DNA of 64,000 bases from Octopus vulgaris (Eukaryota). How positions within the stretch are numbered: position 1 is the first letter of the stretch; every line of letters begins with the position of its first letter. Positions 11,085-24,501 of this stretch are shown one piece after another. The DNA lies in NCBI GenBank assembly GCA_951406725.2, contig OX597826.1, positions 76,942,001 through 77,006,000 of the forward strand, in the 5' to 3' direction. The notes under the pieces were generated by a model. That model had not been told where the DNA came from, searched no databases, and saw only the letters and a program-made list of their open reading frames with translations. The translations under genes were made by a program, and so were the position numbers.

Positions 11085-12697
11085 AGACGCATTCAAAAAG
11101 GGTCTGTATTTTGTAATAAAGAAAATCTCTTTACTAATTCATTGGCTACAGGTTGTATCGTCCCTGAATTGGTAGAGGGAGAAAAATTCTGCAGCTTAGA
11201 TTTTTTTATTAGCGCAAATGTCTATGTGTTGGCTGAATGCTATTTTTCTGTTTTGGAGAATTCTGATCTGGGATCTGTGCAGAGCCATTCTTTTATGTAG
11301 ACCGTTTTTGTTAGGCCTATGCATTGCTCTTGACATCCAGAGCAGGTTAGTGCGTATATCGGGTTCTCCGAAGCACATGTGAAGTTGCTTTTTACTGTGA
11401 AAACGTCCCTGTTTGAAGGAGAACTCTGATCCCCCAATTAGACAATCGCATATCCTACAATTGGGTCTTCCACATTTTTTTACTGACGGCTTCTACGTTG
11501 TTGTTGAGCGTATCCGGGCTTGTGTTAGGAGACTTTTCATAGATTTGGGTTGTCTCTTGCTTTTTATGATGGTGTGTGTTTGGCGGATTAAGTTCATTCT
11601 GTGGTCCTTTTTTAGCAGGGGAATGTTTTGAAGGATGGTGTCGAAGACTTCATTGTTAAGAATGTTGTGTATGGAGATGTATGGTAGGGCTTTTGGTTGT
11701 AAATCCTTCTTTAATTTGGGATGTCTGAGTTCCTCGATGTTGCATATGTCAATTAGTGAAGGTGGGTAGTTCCTGGTGATGAGTATATCTTTTAGTTCAT
11801 GTAGTCGCGTGTCTCTGGTGTTTGCATTAGAAACTATAGTACATATCCTTTTTGCTAGGTTAAAGGGGATATTCATTCAGGTGTGTCTGGGGTGGCATGA
11901 ATTGAATGGAAGATATTGCTTGGAATCCGTAGGCTTATAGTATATATCTGTTTCTATTGTGGTATTAGATTTCTAAATGAGAATGTCGAGGAAGGGAAGT
12001 TGTTGATGGCTATATTCCATCGTAACATGAATGTTTACGTGAAGTCTATTTATAATTCTTTAAGTTACTCTTTCATGCCAAAGAATGAAACAGTCATCCA
12101 GGTATCTCTTCTAGTTATTTTCCATGTAGAGGGAGAATGGGATGCCGTATTTTTCTAGAGACTTACGATAAAGACTAATTTCTAGATATCCCATGACTAG
12201 GTTAGCAAAGGAAGGGGCCATTTGCATATCCATCGCAGTCCCCGATTTTTGTCGATAGAAGTATCTGAAGACGAAGTAGTTATTTTCCAGGATGAATTAA
12301 ACCCCTTCTAACACGAATTCTTTTTTGATGCGATGTGGGAGTTCGTTGGCGTAATTCTCTAGCCAGAATTGAATTGAACCCATTCCTAGGTTGTGGGGGA
12401 TATTGAAATTGAGGTTGACTACATCGAATGATACTAGTAGGGTGTTTTTGTTTATTGTTTCAGGAAGGTGGTTGAGCATATGCAGGTCGCCTCTTATATA
12501 GCTTTTGATATGTTTGAAGAATGATTTTAAGAGGGTATCTAAAAAGTTACTGAGGCGGTGGGTTTCGCATGCGGGGCCCGCTGTTATTGGTCTCAATTTG
12601 AGGTCATTAGGAGCAGGGACTTTGATTATTATGTCTGTGACTTCCATGCGTTGTTTATTTTCTCACATTTGTGTATCATGGGAATACCGTAGAATAC
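11085..12697 (-). pseudogene. Penelope-like retroelement: decayed reverse transcriptase + GIY-YIG endonuclease
   Basis: Minus-strand fragments in order: FYGIPMIHK, LRPITAG, LLVSFDVVNL, GTAM..MAPSFANLVMGYLE, RYLDDCFILW (12093-12107), YKPTDSKQYL..SCHP, NIPFNLAKRICTIVS, then FTCASENPIYALTCSGCQEQCIGLT / LHKRMALHRSQI (GIY-YIG). Several stops and frameshifts. Confidence 0.92.
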
Positions 12698-12735
12698 CGT
12701 AGAATATATATATATATATATGTATATACATATAC

Positions 12736-12769
<34 letters not shown>

Positions 12770-12791
12770 TTGTGTATATGTGTGTGTGTGT

Positions 12792-13297
12792 GAGGCGCAA
12801 TGACACAGTGGTTAGGGCAGCAGACTCGTGGTCATAGGATCGCGGTTTCGATTCCCAGACCGGGCATTGTGAATGTTTATTGAGCAAAAACGCCTAAAGC
12901 TCCACGAGGCTCTTGCAGGGTGTGGTGGTGAACCCTGCTGTACTCTTTCTTCACAACTTTCTCTCACTCTTTCTTCCTGTTTCTGCTGTACCTGTATTTC
13001 AAAAGGCCAGCATTGTCACACTCTGAGTCTTGCTGAATCTCCCCGAGAACTACGTTAAGGATACATGTATTTGTGAAATACTCGGCCACTTGCACGTTAA
13101 TAAATGAGCTGCGACGTCACTGGTGCCAAGATGTATCGGCCCTTGCCTTTCCCTTGGATAACATCGGTGGCGTGGAGAGGGGAGGCTGGTATTCATGGGC
13201 GACTGCTGGTCTTCCATAAACCACCTTGCCCAGACATGTGCCTCGGAGGGTAACTTTCTAGGTGCAATCCCATGGTCATTCATGACCGAAGGGGGTC
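12792..13297 (+). mobile_element. tRNA-derived SINE family D (~500 bp)
   Basis: tRNA-like head gaggcgcaatgacacagtggttagggcagcagactcg...ggtttcgattccc. The internal module 12985-13100 is shared with family C. A second head copy lies at 38372-38529 (-). Confidence 0.8.
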
Positions 13298-13454
13298 ACA
13301 ATATATATATATGAGAGGTAATAGTATCAATAAGACCCAGAGGTGTCAGGTAATGCTGAGTAAGTGCTATAGACAGACCATAGTTAAGCTCCAGGTTCGG
13401 TGATTATGCGAATGAGGTGTCCAACGTAGGTTATATATCAGCATGTATATATAT

Positions 13455-13695
13455 ATAAAATAATTAACAGAATGCGATAAAAATCCAAGGCTGTGAAAGA
13501 TTTCAGAACATTTATAAATGGAAGGTCTTACAGCTGTTTCCGGGATATTTTATATAGCCCTTCATCGGTGACGGTGTGAGAAAATGGTTAAGAAATTGTT
13601 ATTCTAGATAAGATATGAAATAGAGAGTGAAGTGGGGGAATGAAAATAGACGTGAGATGCAGGGATATTGCATCTGTTGTTCCATTATTTAGGCA
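13455..13695 (-). mobile_element. Penelope-type pseudo-LTR remnant with minimal hammerhead motif (13524-13573)
   Basis: Minus strand: cgtca-CCGATGA-a-ggg...ccc-g-GAAAC-AGCT-GTA-agacc, with palindromic helix III ACAGCTGT and a GUA cleavage triplet. Flanked by (TA)n. Confidence 0.65.
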
Positions 13696-13901
13696 GAATG
13701 GTATATGTATATATATATATATATAATATGTATATATATATATACAACGGTCTTCTTTCAGTCTCCATCCACTTACAAGGCTCTGGTCAGTGCCCCTGCT
13801 TATAGTCAAATGCATTTGCCCGAGATGCTACGCACGTATTGAAATTAATCCAGAACCATGCTGTTGGGAAATTTTTACCACGCACCCATTCATATATATA
13901 T

Positions 13902-14316
13902 ATACTCTTTTACTCTTTTACTTGTTTCAGCCATGTGACTGTGGCCATGCTGGAGCACCGCCTTTAGTCGAGCAAATCGACCCCAGGACTTATTCTTTGT
14001 AAGCCTAGTACTTATTCTATCGGTCTGTTTTGCCGAACCGCTAAGTTACGGTGACGTAAACACACCAGCGTCGGCTGACAAGCAATGTTGTGGGGACAAA
14101 CACAGACATACAACCACACACACACACACACATATATATATATACATATATACGACGGGTTTCTTTCAGCTTCCGTCTACCAAATCCACTCACAAGGCTT
14201 TGGTCGGCCCGAGGCTATAGTAGAAGACACATGCCCAAGGTGCCACGCAGTGGGACTGAACCCGGAACCATGTGGTTGGTAAGCAAGCTACTTACCACAC
14301 AGCCACTCCTACGCCT
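13902..14316 (-). mobile_element. tRNA-derived CORE-like SINE family B, full length
   Basis: Minus strand: head ggagtggctgtgtggtaag...gggttcagtccc, CORE-like ggcaccttgggca, internal (TA/CA)n spacer, tail ggcggtgctccagcatggcc...gaaacaagtaaaagagtaaaagag. Confidence 0.9.
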
Positions 14317-14683
14317 ATATATATATATATATATATATATATGATATTAGGTTATATTATGTTGTGTTATATATGTATATGTAATAGACTTTTCGAAAAC
14401 TTCTGTAACTCTTTGGATTAGCTTGCAAGTCGTTGAGTCTCCCTTAATTCCTGTGTTCTTTGGCAATCGTCAAGCAGGGTCAGCGTGGCAGTTTCTGTCT
14501 CCCCAAGTTCAAATACTTTGCGGAGATGGAACTCTGGATCATATTATGTAGAAGTGAGCTTCTCAGACCTTCGCTCATACCGAATCTATACTTGTATGAG
14601 CATCAGAGATTGTGTACGTATGCATGTGTGTGAGTGCATGTACTTGTGCGTTAAGTGTATATGTATTGCACTGTTACAAGGTC

Positions 14684-14828
14684 AGCGATTTAAGGTGAAG
14701 ATCGATTACATCGACCCCCCGTATTCTGCTGGTACATCCGGCGGAATTTGAACTAAGAACGTAAAGGTGAACGAAATGCTGCCAAGTATTTCGCCCGCAC
14801 ATTAACGCTTCTGTTTGCTCCTCGCCTT
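14684..14828 (-). mobile_element. SINE family A, internally deleted
   Basis: tcgattacatcgacccccc...ggcggaatttgaactaagaacgt...acgaaatgc matches family A in reverse. Confidence 0.7.
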
Positions 14829-16499
14829 CTTTATATATGTCTATTATATTCACAATTTAACAGCATCGTTCCGTTAAAGTGGTAAATTCATAGTCGGTCT
14901 GCATCCGGTAGTTTTCGGAGCATTTCGAGGCCATAACTCATGAAAATACTCTTACGTATTCGAAAAAATCTAGATGCCTTTTTTTGCTATAGACTATATT
15001 TTGTTTCGTATATCATCTAGTTGATATTTCGTAATATTGTGGAAATGAAGAGAATAGACATAATTTTATTATTTATTAATACCGAAGGGAATTCTTTTTG
15101 ATTAAAATTTCAAGTTTTTAGCAATAATTATATTTTTAGCATTTAAAGCGGCGAAAACCCATTTTGGCCATTCAAAAACAAACATAAGAAAATAATTCTT
15201 TCTACCATCAGCAAAAGTTCTTCCGAAATGATGAAAGGCAAAACTCAACTTTAGCATTATTTGAACTCAGAACGGAAAGTAATGCCGCAGAACACTTTGT
15301 AATTTTTAATAATGGAAGCAAGTTTTCCACGCAATAATTGCTTCAGTTTAATCGACATAATTTCAGTTCAAATCACTCGTCAGATAAATACAACTTTCAA
15401 ATTGTACTTTTGACTTTTGTTTTTGCTTTCGTTGTTATTGTTTAACCCTTGCACAGCCTGGATGGAACAGACACTTTTCCGTCCATAACTGCGACAATTT
15501 CTTTTTAATATATTCAAACGCAACATATTTACATTACATTATCTAAATTATCCCTTCCGTTTTACAAAGAGTTTGATGCGATTCGTGAGAGATATGGTTG
15601 CTATTTTTAGCAAGTTCAGTGACAGTTTAGAAATTTTTTCATTGGTTCGTCTATAATATTTGTCTGTGTATGGGATAATATTATATTCTAAAAGACGAAG
15701 AAAAATCACTAAAGTTTGCTGCTGTTGAGTAGCGTCATATTAAGTGTGATAGAGGAGAGTTGAGATGAAAAGTTTTGGAGATGTCACCTAGCCACACCTT
15801 TCTTTAAATCGGCTGCACAGCCTTCAGCGCTTGCATTCAGAATGGTGGCTATGTGTACGAGGTTTGACTTTGATCGCTCCAGTTTTCTTTCTTGTATTAC
15901 AGAGTAAACATGACCACCCCGTTGGCAGTGTGCATCAAGGATGGACAGAGATCAGTGGTTTGATTTCTTTGGTTTGAAGGTGCTAGGCGCTGAATGGAAG
16001 TTGTTCTCAAGCTACAGACCTGTGCCAAATATTTGCAACGGAGGGAATCCAATAAAGGTGACAGATACCTTATCAATTCTGCCTGGGCTGGTACTTTATT
16101 ATATTAACCACGAGAGAATGAAAAATGAAACGGACTTTGTGGAATTTGAACTCAGAACGAAGTGAAACAAGGAGTGGAAATGATTTTGGACTACACCCAA
16201 CGACTCAGCTAATTTGCTGTCTTGTAAAAAGAAGGAATCGAATATAGTTTCTTCATTTGCTGGAATTTCATATGTAAATTAGTAGCAAGGTAAATTTTGT
16301 AAATTTTCGGAAGCGACTGTCATTTGAGAGGGAGAAGTATCCTGATATATTTTACTGGGTTTGATGCTGGACTTCCTATAATTGCTGTGGCAAATAATAG
16401 CATCTTCCAGTTGTTGAAGACATTTGATTTTCTGTACCGTTGAAGTTAGCAGTGGAAGAACAAATTCTCAAAAATATGTGTTAGTAAGAAAATTAATCA

Positions 16500-16880
16500 T
16501 GGAGCTATTTAGTATTGGTCTGATAAACCAGAAATAACAGCCAAATCTCCTTCAAATAAAAATTCACCGTCTTAAAGATAAAATGGAAACACAAATTTGA
16601 TAATGCTGTTCTAAATGTATGTCCGATACATAAGACTGGATGATCACGTGTGGAACGCCTTTGATGGTAGTTTCGATCGATCAGACCTGCTTTGAGATAA
16701 AACGACACTAATTTGTATCACTACGACCTGCCGTTAAATAATCTAGGTACATGCCCTGCTAAAAATAACTGTCAAATCGTCCTCATACCATATCCTACTG
16801 TCTTCAATAAAGGATAAATCGGATATACAAAGTAGACGTGATGGTTCTGGTTGGAAGGTCTTTGATGAAACGGGATTAAC
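16500..16880 (+). repeat. Old dispersed repeat family, two tandem remnants; related pieces at ~15435-15650 (-), ~40720-40925 (+), ~48670-48910 (-), ~63415-63500 (+)
   Basis: Shared motif ctagaaatagcagccaaatc (16530, 16758, 40766; reverse at 15588, 48852) and a ctttgat...tgaacaacaac-type end. Confidence 0.5.
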
Positions 16881-16946
16881 CTGACAGACTCGGTTTTATT
16901 ACAAATATATATTACAAATATATATTACAAATATATTACAAATATA

Positions 16947-17013
16947 TGGCGGTGCCCCAGCATGGCCACAGCTCGTGAGCTGAAACTAGATAAAATAAAA
17001 TAAAATAAAAATA
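16947..17013 (+). mobile_element. Solitary retroelement 3' tail related to the SINE B tail (second copy 48250-48302, -)
   Basis: tggcggtgccccagcatggccacagctcgtgagctgaaactagataaaataaaa; near-identical reverse copy at 48250-48302. Confidence 0.7.
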
Positions 17014-18486
17014 AATAATCAGCTACAATTGAAAACATGCACCCATCTTAGATTATGTTACTGAAACAAAATGTAGACAATAGATCGCCCGTCACTTTTC
17101 TCTGACAGTCTGAGTATTAAGCTGTACTCACAACTCTTATAAATACTTCTGTTGTTCCAAGATGCATCTCAGGAATATGTTTTCTTAAAGTTATTTAATA
17201 AGTTGATGTAAGCAGGATTAGTTCCATTAGTTCTACAGTTAAGTTTATTTCAGCAAGGTTGGAATCATTAAAACTTTATGTTCAGCATATTCCTACAAAT
17301 ATACTTTCTCTTGGACTAACAATTTATAAAGTGCTTATTGTTCGTTAACCGTCTCTAGGCTGGACAGAAATCTTAACTGGAATGTAAAAACAATAAAAAA
17401 CAATAATAAACTAAGAAGATTTCTGATCGCCAAACTATTCTCATTTTCTTCATTCCTTACACTTTTATACTTTGAATATTGTCTCTTACTCTTCAGAAAA
17501 GGGGGAAAAAGTTACTATTTTGTTAATGTCATAAAAATTTATAAGCTTTTGAGAGACCGTAAAATAATTCATTTATGTAACATTGAATCTCGAAGTACAT
17601 AAAGCTATAAATAATAGCATGTAAATATTGAGTTTAAAAACCCTTCTGGAGATGTAAGTTCGTATTCCACGAGTAGCCTTCAATTTTTTCTATAAAAAAT
17701 ACCCTCGAGATCCAGTGATCTAAAAATGTATTCTTATAAAATTTGTGGGTAATTTTGATCAAATATCTTGAAGCTATCAGATAAACGTCTTTAGGGGTCA
17801 ACGTTTGATTCTTAAGACCCCAAAACGTTTCCATGAATGGCAAAAAGGATTGAATTAAATTAAATTTCCCAAGCTTGAAGTACAAATATTGTCTTTTGCT
17901 TCGATTGGAATTGATAATTCCTTTAAGGCTAAAGAAAAAAAAATCAAATCAGTTATCATACAGTTTGTGGTAGGAGTTTGATTTTCAAATGAATTTCGAA
18001 CAAGAACAGAATATGTGAATTACAGAATGAAAGGACCATAATATAAAAATCTCAATGTTTACACATAACTACATATTTTGTGCTAATGCAAAGGCGATTA
18101 AAATTTATCCAGTAAGTGACTGGAAATTCTTTTATTGACCATCATAACGTTTTGAACTCAGAACGTGAAAGCGACAAACGCAGAGCGTAAAGTCTTTTTT
18201 TAGACGTTCTTCAGTTTCCATCATCCATCGACTTCATCATAATTCGATCTTGGTGGTTATTAATACAGAACGTAATGGTAATACAAAAATGATTTTTAAT
18301 TTAAACGAAAGACCAAACCAAAATTTGATTGAAAATTATTTCAAGCCCACTTTTTAGCTTACATTTAATGATTTCAATTGCATTGAATTTCAGAATGTAC
18401 AAGGAGATATTTGTATACCTCAAGTAATTGTATTGGATGTTCTACCAGTTCTGTTTCACTCAGTGCCCTTAGAAATCTATTAAATA

Positions 18487-18716
18487 CGGTAATCCCTCGC
18501 CATATCGCCGTTCACCTATCGCGGTTTATTATTTAAGCTTATGTCGATTCCTCTTTGGTGTTGTTTTGCATTTATAATAAAATAAATATATATATATAAA
18601 TTATAAAAATAATAAATAAATAAAACATACAGTACTGTTTCTGCCTCACGGATTTTCACCTATCGCGATGGGTTTGGGGTTGGAACGTAACACACGCAAT
18701 AGCCGAGGTATTTCTG
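18487..18716. mobile_element. pogo/Tigger-like MITE with TA target duplication
   Basis: TA|cggtaatccctcgccatatcgc ... gcaatagccgaggtatttctg|TA. Same ends as the copy at 44787-44907. Confidence 0.7.
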
Positions 18717-19040
18717 TAATCTCTAAATTAAGTGCAAAGTGATAAATTCTGGTATTATAAGACGTATTTACAGAATTCAACAAGTTCTTATTTTATAGAT
18801 TCTGACGGAAGAGACATGAATAACTCGCCTTTTGGATCTAAAATATAAAGCAGAGTTGCAATGCAGCGAGGAATCTCGTTAGGTATATTCTGCCATCTCT
18901 TCCACTATCATCTCAATAAAAGATAGTGGCAGTTTATTTGCTATTATAGATATCACTAAAAAAAAAAACATTTTGACGAATATTTTAAAAATGAATTTAA
19001 TAAATGACCATACGAATTCCATTTACTTTTGTTAACTACA

Positions 19041-19071
<31 letters not shown>

Positions 19072-19379
19072 GTTCATATCTAGCATCTCTTCAGGCTACT
19101 TGGTAGACTTGAACTTTGGAAGTGAAGCCGAGATAGTTTTTTAGAAAGATTTTCTGAGCCTTCCAATTGACCAAATCTGGTCTTAACTGTTTCAGTTTAT
19201 TTGGACAAAACATACATTTTAGAAATTATTGTGCCAATGTTTGTTAATTGGGAGGATGAGAGGGGCGGTGCTGTATGCCTTTCAGAGATAATCAATCTCA
19301 GGTGACTGGAGGTCAACTAACAGGTCACTATTAAATGATGAGACCATGGGGCTCATGGGGTGTTAGCTACCAAAGTACG

Positions 19380-20050
19380 TATATGAGCATAATGTAGTTC
19401 AACGGCGAGGTCTGTTCTTGGTGGTGACCCGAAGCTATGTGACTGTAAAAATATTCCCATCAGGTCGGAAGTTAAAAACCAGCATCATTCCCATCCTTCT
19501 GCATCAAAGTGTGGTGACAGGTGAGAAAGGTATCGAAGCGTGAAGAAGCCAGCGCGTTACGTTGCCTAACTTCAATGTTTACACTAAAGGATTCAGATTT
19601 CTACTCTCCAACAAAAAGTCAAGCTATCATTCGTTGTAGTAAAAGCGTAGGAGATTCATAGATTTACGAGAACCGCAATCTTGTAAGGAACTTTCCACAG
19701 AAGATCTCTGTTGGCAATATCGAAAGCTGTTGATCGATTCATAAATTCAATGTAAAGGTACTGATGTTGCTGCCTGTATTTCTCCTGAAGTTGTCTTGTA
19801 ATAAAATCGTGTCGACTGAATTTCGGACGACTCCGAAGCCGCACGGACTCTGGCATGATATATTCTTCAGTAGATGGGGCTACTGTTATTTGCAGAGTCT
19901 CGGGAAGGCCTTTCCCTTCCCGGTGTGGTTGTAAGTTCTATTATACACCTACTCTGCCAACAATAGGTAGATAGCAGGAAAGATATAATACCCACTTTAG
20001 TATATCTATTTTGTTTCTGTAGATGGGAACAATGTCTAAATTCACCCACT
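19380..20050 (-). pseudogene. RTE-clade LINE reverse transcriptase fragment, heavily decayed
   Basis: MPES...TRQLQEKYRQQHQYLYIEFMNRSTAFDIANRDLLWKV resembles the RTE motif LPESQCGFR...RQLQEKCREQ..LY..FIDL.KAFD.V.R..LWK. Downstream FNFRPDGNIF also fits. Confidence 0.8.
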
Positions 20051-20349
20051 TTTAAGATTTATAATTCAGGAACCACACTTCCATGTTTTATCTATAAATA
20101 CACCTCTTTCAATGTCTCTTACATACAAACATTCACATGTGCACATAGATGCACTCATAAATATCCCTACAAATATACACACGCGAGCGCGCAAACACAG
20201 GTACGTATACGCACACACACATGAATATATATATATATACACACACACACACATGCATATATATATATATATATTTCGCTATACGTATATGTATGTCTAT
20301 AAGCATCCATATATATTTGCGTATGTGTGTGCAGGTCTGCCGATCTCGC

Positions 20350-20845
20350 TCACCATACATGCATACATACACAAATACGTACATGCGTACATACATACAT
20401 AGATATATACATACATACATACATACACACACACATACATACATGCGTACATACATACATACATATACACATACACACATACATACATACATACATACAT
20501 ACATTAATACATACATACATATACATACATACATACATACATACATACATACACACACACATACACACATACATACATACATACATACACACACATATAC
20601 ACACATACATACATACATACATACATACAAACATACATACATTAATACATACATACATACATACATACATACATACACACATACACACATACATAGATAC
20701 ATACACACATACATACATACATACATACATACATACATACATACATACATACACACACACATACACACATACATACATACATACATACATACATACATAC
20801 ATACATACATACATACGTACGTACGTACGTACGTATGCATGCATG
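20350..20845. repeat. (CATA)n/(CA)n compound microsatellite
   Basis: Directly visible. Confidence 0.95.
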
Positions 20846-21059
20846 TATATATATGTCGTTAGTAATTTTTTGTGCAGGTTTCTAATTCGAAAATTGTTGG
20901 CTCTTCCAAAGTATTGGACGACGTTGCTGTTCAGGATACCAGGAATAAATGTAGTGATGAAGAAAAGAACCGTTTCTACATTTTCTGCAGTTGATGGAGA
21001 ATATACAGAAATAGCAGGCATATGTGGTTGTCCGTCTGTCTACATCCTATATTTTGCTA

Positions 21060-21160
21060 GTGAGGTAATCTACGAGGTTGGCTGCTCTATGGTCCACGAC
21101 CTACAAAACGGCCCGGATCGAGTAACCTCCGACTTCTACACGTTCAGTACACAATCAGTT
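21060..21160 (+). pseudogene. Possible mariner transposase remnant
   Basis: EVGCSMVHDLQNGPDRVTSDFYTF weakly resembles mariner ELGWEVLPHPPYSPDLAPSDFHLF. Confidence 0.3.
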
Positions 21161-21304
21161 ATCGTGCACTGAGAAACGAGGCCATAAACATGTTAAAAGC
21201 AGCTGTAAAATAAAGTGGCACCAAACATTTTCCACAGGGATAACGAGAGTTGAGTTCGTAGAAATATGAATACATAGTTCGTGCACACACACACACACAT
21301 AGGT

Positions 21305-21336
<32 letters not shown>

Positions 21337-21661
21337 AAAAAGACTCCGTCGGTTACGACGACGAGGGTCCCAGCTGATACGATAAATTGAACAGCTTGCT
21401 CGTGAAATTAACGTGCAAATGGCTGAGCATTCCACAGACACGTGTACCCTTAACGTAGTTCTCGGGGATAATCAGCGTGACACAGAGAGTGACAAGGCTG
21501 ACCCTTTGAAATACAAGTACAACTCATTTTTGCCAGCTGAGTGGACTGGAGCAACGTGAAATAAAGTGTCTTGCTCAAGGACACAACGCGTCGCCGGGAA
21601 TCGAACTCACAACCTTACGATCATGAGGCGAATTCCCTAACCACTAAGCCACGCGCCCTCA
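21337..21661 (-). mobile_element. tRNA-derived CORE-like SINE family C, full length
   Basis: Minus strand: gagggcgcgtggcttagtggttaggg (A box), gagttcgattccc (B box), CORE-like tgtgtccttgagcaagacacttt, then the module shared with family D (21408-21522). Confidence 0.85.
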
Positions 21662-21883
21662 CATGTGTGTATATGTATGTGTGTGTGTGCACTTTGAAGC
21701 ATTTTTTGTCCCCGTTATTCTCCGTTGTTTCCACGATGTTCTTGGATACGTTGTTCGTTGCGCGTTGCACAAAATAAGGATAATTTCACGCGTTTCAACG
21801 ATGAACATTGAAATCCATCCTGGCCATGTGGGTGTGGGTCGTGTGTGTATGTGTACGAGTATGTATAGACACAAATTTACAGC

Positions 21884-21939
<56 letters not shown>

Positions 21940-22900
21940 TGTATGTATGTATGTGTATATATATATGCATGTATGCATGTATGTATGTATGTATGTATGT
22001 ATCTATCTATCTCTCTCTCTATATATATATATATACTCAAATATATGCATTAGTATGTATGTGTGTACAGATGCGTGTGTGTGTGTGTGTGTGTGTGCGT
22101 GTGTGCATATTTATATATACATACATATACATTATATGTATGTATGTATGTATATATATATATACATACATATATATATATATATATATACACATACGTA
22201 CATATATATGCACATACATATATATTGCATGTATTTATTTTTTATATATTAATATACAGAGATATATATGTGCGTATGAACGTATGTATATATATATGTG
22301 TGTGTGTATAGATAGATCAGTAGGTAAATATTCAGAGGGAGGGTAAAGAGAGATGGAGACAGCGAGTTTGTAAAGAAAAAAAAAAAACTAAAATGTGGAA
22401 CAAGTTATAACAATAGAAAGCAAGACGGGAAGCAAGAGACGGAGAAGGAGTCACGTGGTTGAGACAAATATTTGAAAACAACAAAAAAAAGACAAAACAA
22501 AACAAACAAGCGATTCCGGTGTTATTTTTCTTTATTTCGTCTGTCTTCCTCTTGGTAATTATCATGCTGCTTGATGCTGTTAGATCTATTAATATTATCA
22601 CCATCATCATTAGCGTCATCATCATCGTCATTATCTTTATTGTCATTATTTTTATTATTTTTATTATTATTATCATCATCATCATTATTATTATTTTCAT
22701 TATTATTGAAGATTTTTTCATGTTTTTCTCTTAACTTATTTTTCATTCAATTTCCATTTTCATACTGGAATGGTACGATATGATATCGCATTTATTTATA
22801 CATATATGTGTATGTGTGTGTGTTGGTGTGTGTGTGTGTGTGTGTTTGTATACATATATCTGCATACATATTTATATATTTATATACACACATATATGTA

Positions 22901-23056
22901 TACTCTTTACTCTTTTACTCTTTTACTGGTTTCAGTCATTTGACTGCGGCCATGCTGGAGCACCGCCTTTAATCGAGCAACTCGACCCCGGGACTTATTC
23001 TTTGTAAGCCCAGTACTTATTCTATCGGTCACTTTTGCCGAACCGCTAAGTGACGT
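22901..23056 (-). mobile_element. SINE family B, 3' half only
   Basis: tactcttttactcttttactggtttcagtcatttgactgcggccatgctggagcaccgcc...ccgaaccgctaagtgacg. Confidence 0.85.
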
Positions 23057-23428
23057 ATGTGTGTATATATATATATAACAAAAGTAAACCAAGACAATTT
23101 CACATAATTTCAGAAGAAATAAAACAAACAAATAAGACGAAAACAATTTAAATACGATGCCTCCGTAGTTGTTGATGTTGTTGTTTATTTGTGGAGATGG
23201 TGTAGTGTGATGTTGGTGGTGCACTCGTGTAATTTCTGTTTACTGTTGAAAAACGAGCTTCATACTATGCGATGGTGATAGTGGTCATGGTAGTTGAGAA
23301 TGGTGGTATTAGTAGTGAAGGTGATGGTGGTGGTGGCGGTGGTATTATTTATGGGGATTAAGGGTTGTGGTCTCGGTTGAAGTACTTCCTGGAGGTGTTG
23401 CACTTTTGTTCTAGAGAGATTAATATAT

Positions 23429-23479
<51 letters not shown>

Positions 23480-23815
23480 CAAACATACATACATATATAC
23501 ATTTATATATATATATATATATAGACATACCTATATTAATATATCTCTATATAAACATATATATATATATATTTCTCTTTCTCTTTCTCTCTCTCTATAT
23601 ATATTTATATATATATACACACACAATCATATAGATAGATATTATGTGTGCATGCATATATGTATGCGTGTATGTGCGTATGCATGTATAAGGTCTATCC
23701 TTTACCCGGATGCATATCCGGCGGCTTGTGATTTAGATTTCGAGAATTTATAAACATGAAGCTGTCTACAGATATGTACATATATGTGTGCACATATAGA
23801 TGCATGTATGTATGT

Positions 23816-23867
<52 letters not shown>

Positions 23868-24012
23868 ATATTATATTAAATTAGAGATAAAACCATTATC
23901 TCTAATTTAATATAATATATATATATATATTTATACTATAAAATTAGATTTAATCCTAAATCTAATTTTTCCCTGTAAGTTTGGATTTGCTCCCTAATAT
24001 AATTATTATATG

Positions 24013-24055
<43 letters not shown>

Positions 24056-24191
24056 TATATAGATATATAGATACATAGATGCGTATATGCATGTGTGTGT
24101 GAGTGTGTATATCTATACAAGTGTGGATGTATATATCTATATATATGTATATATGTGTGTTTATATATATGTATTTATATATGTGTGTGTA

Positions 24192-24233
<42 letters not shown>

Positions 24234-24501
24234 TGTGTGTGTTAATCCTTAAGATTGAACTTATAATAATCATGTTAAGGTGTGCCCTAATGCCTGCATC
24301 ACTGAGGGCAGATGAGGAGTTGATTTCAACGTCCCTGTGTCTGATTTATGCACCTCGATAGTATAAATTCCAAAGTTGACATAGGCAGCACTCGATTTCA
24401 GAACGCAAAGCCATGTTAAAGAATAATATTTTTTTGCTCTACAAAACTATAGAATAACCCGTCAGATTAATGTAAAATTGACTTCTTTATAGCTGAATAC
24501 C

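Noticed and set aside
12792-12865. tRNA genes at SINE heads (also 21590-21661 and family A/B heads)
   Set aside because: A and B boxes are present, but I saw no convincing cloverleaf and each head continues into a SINE body.
24303-24340. gggcagatgaggagttgatttcaacgtccc as another hammerhead
   Set aside because: The GAAA strand and helix II are not recoverable; too degenerate to support.
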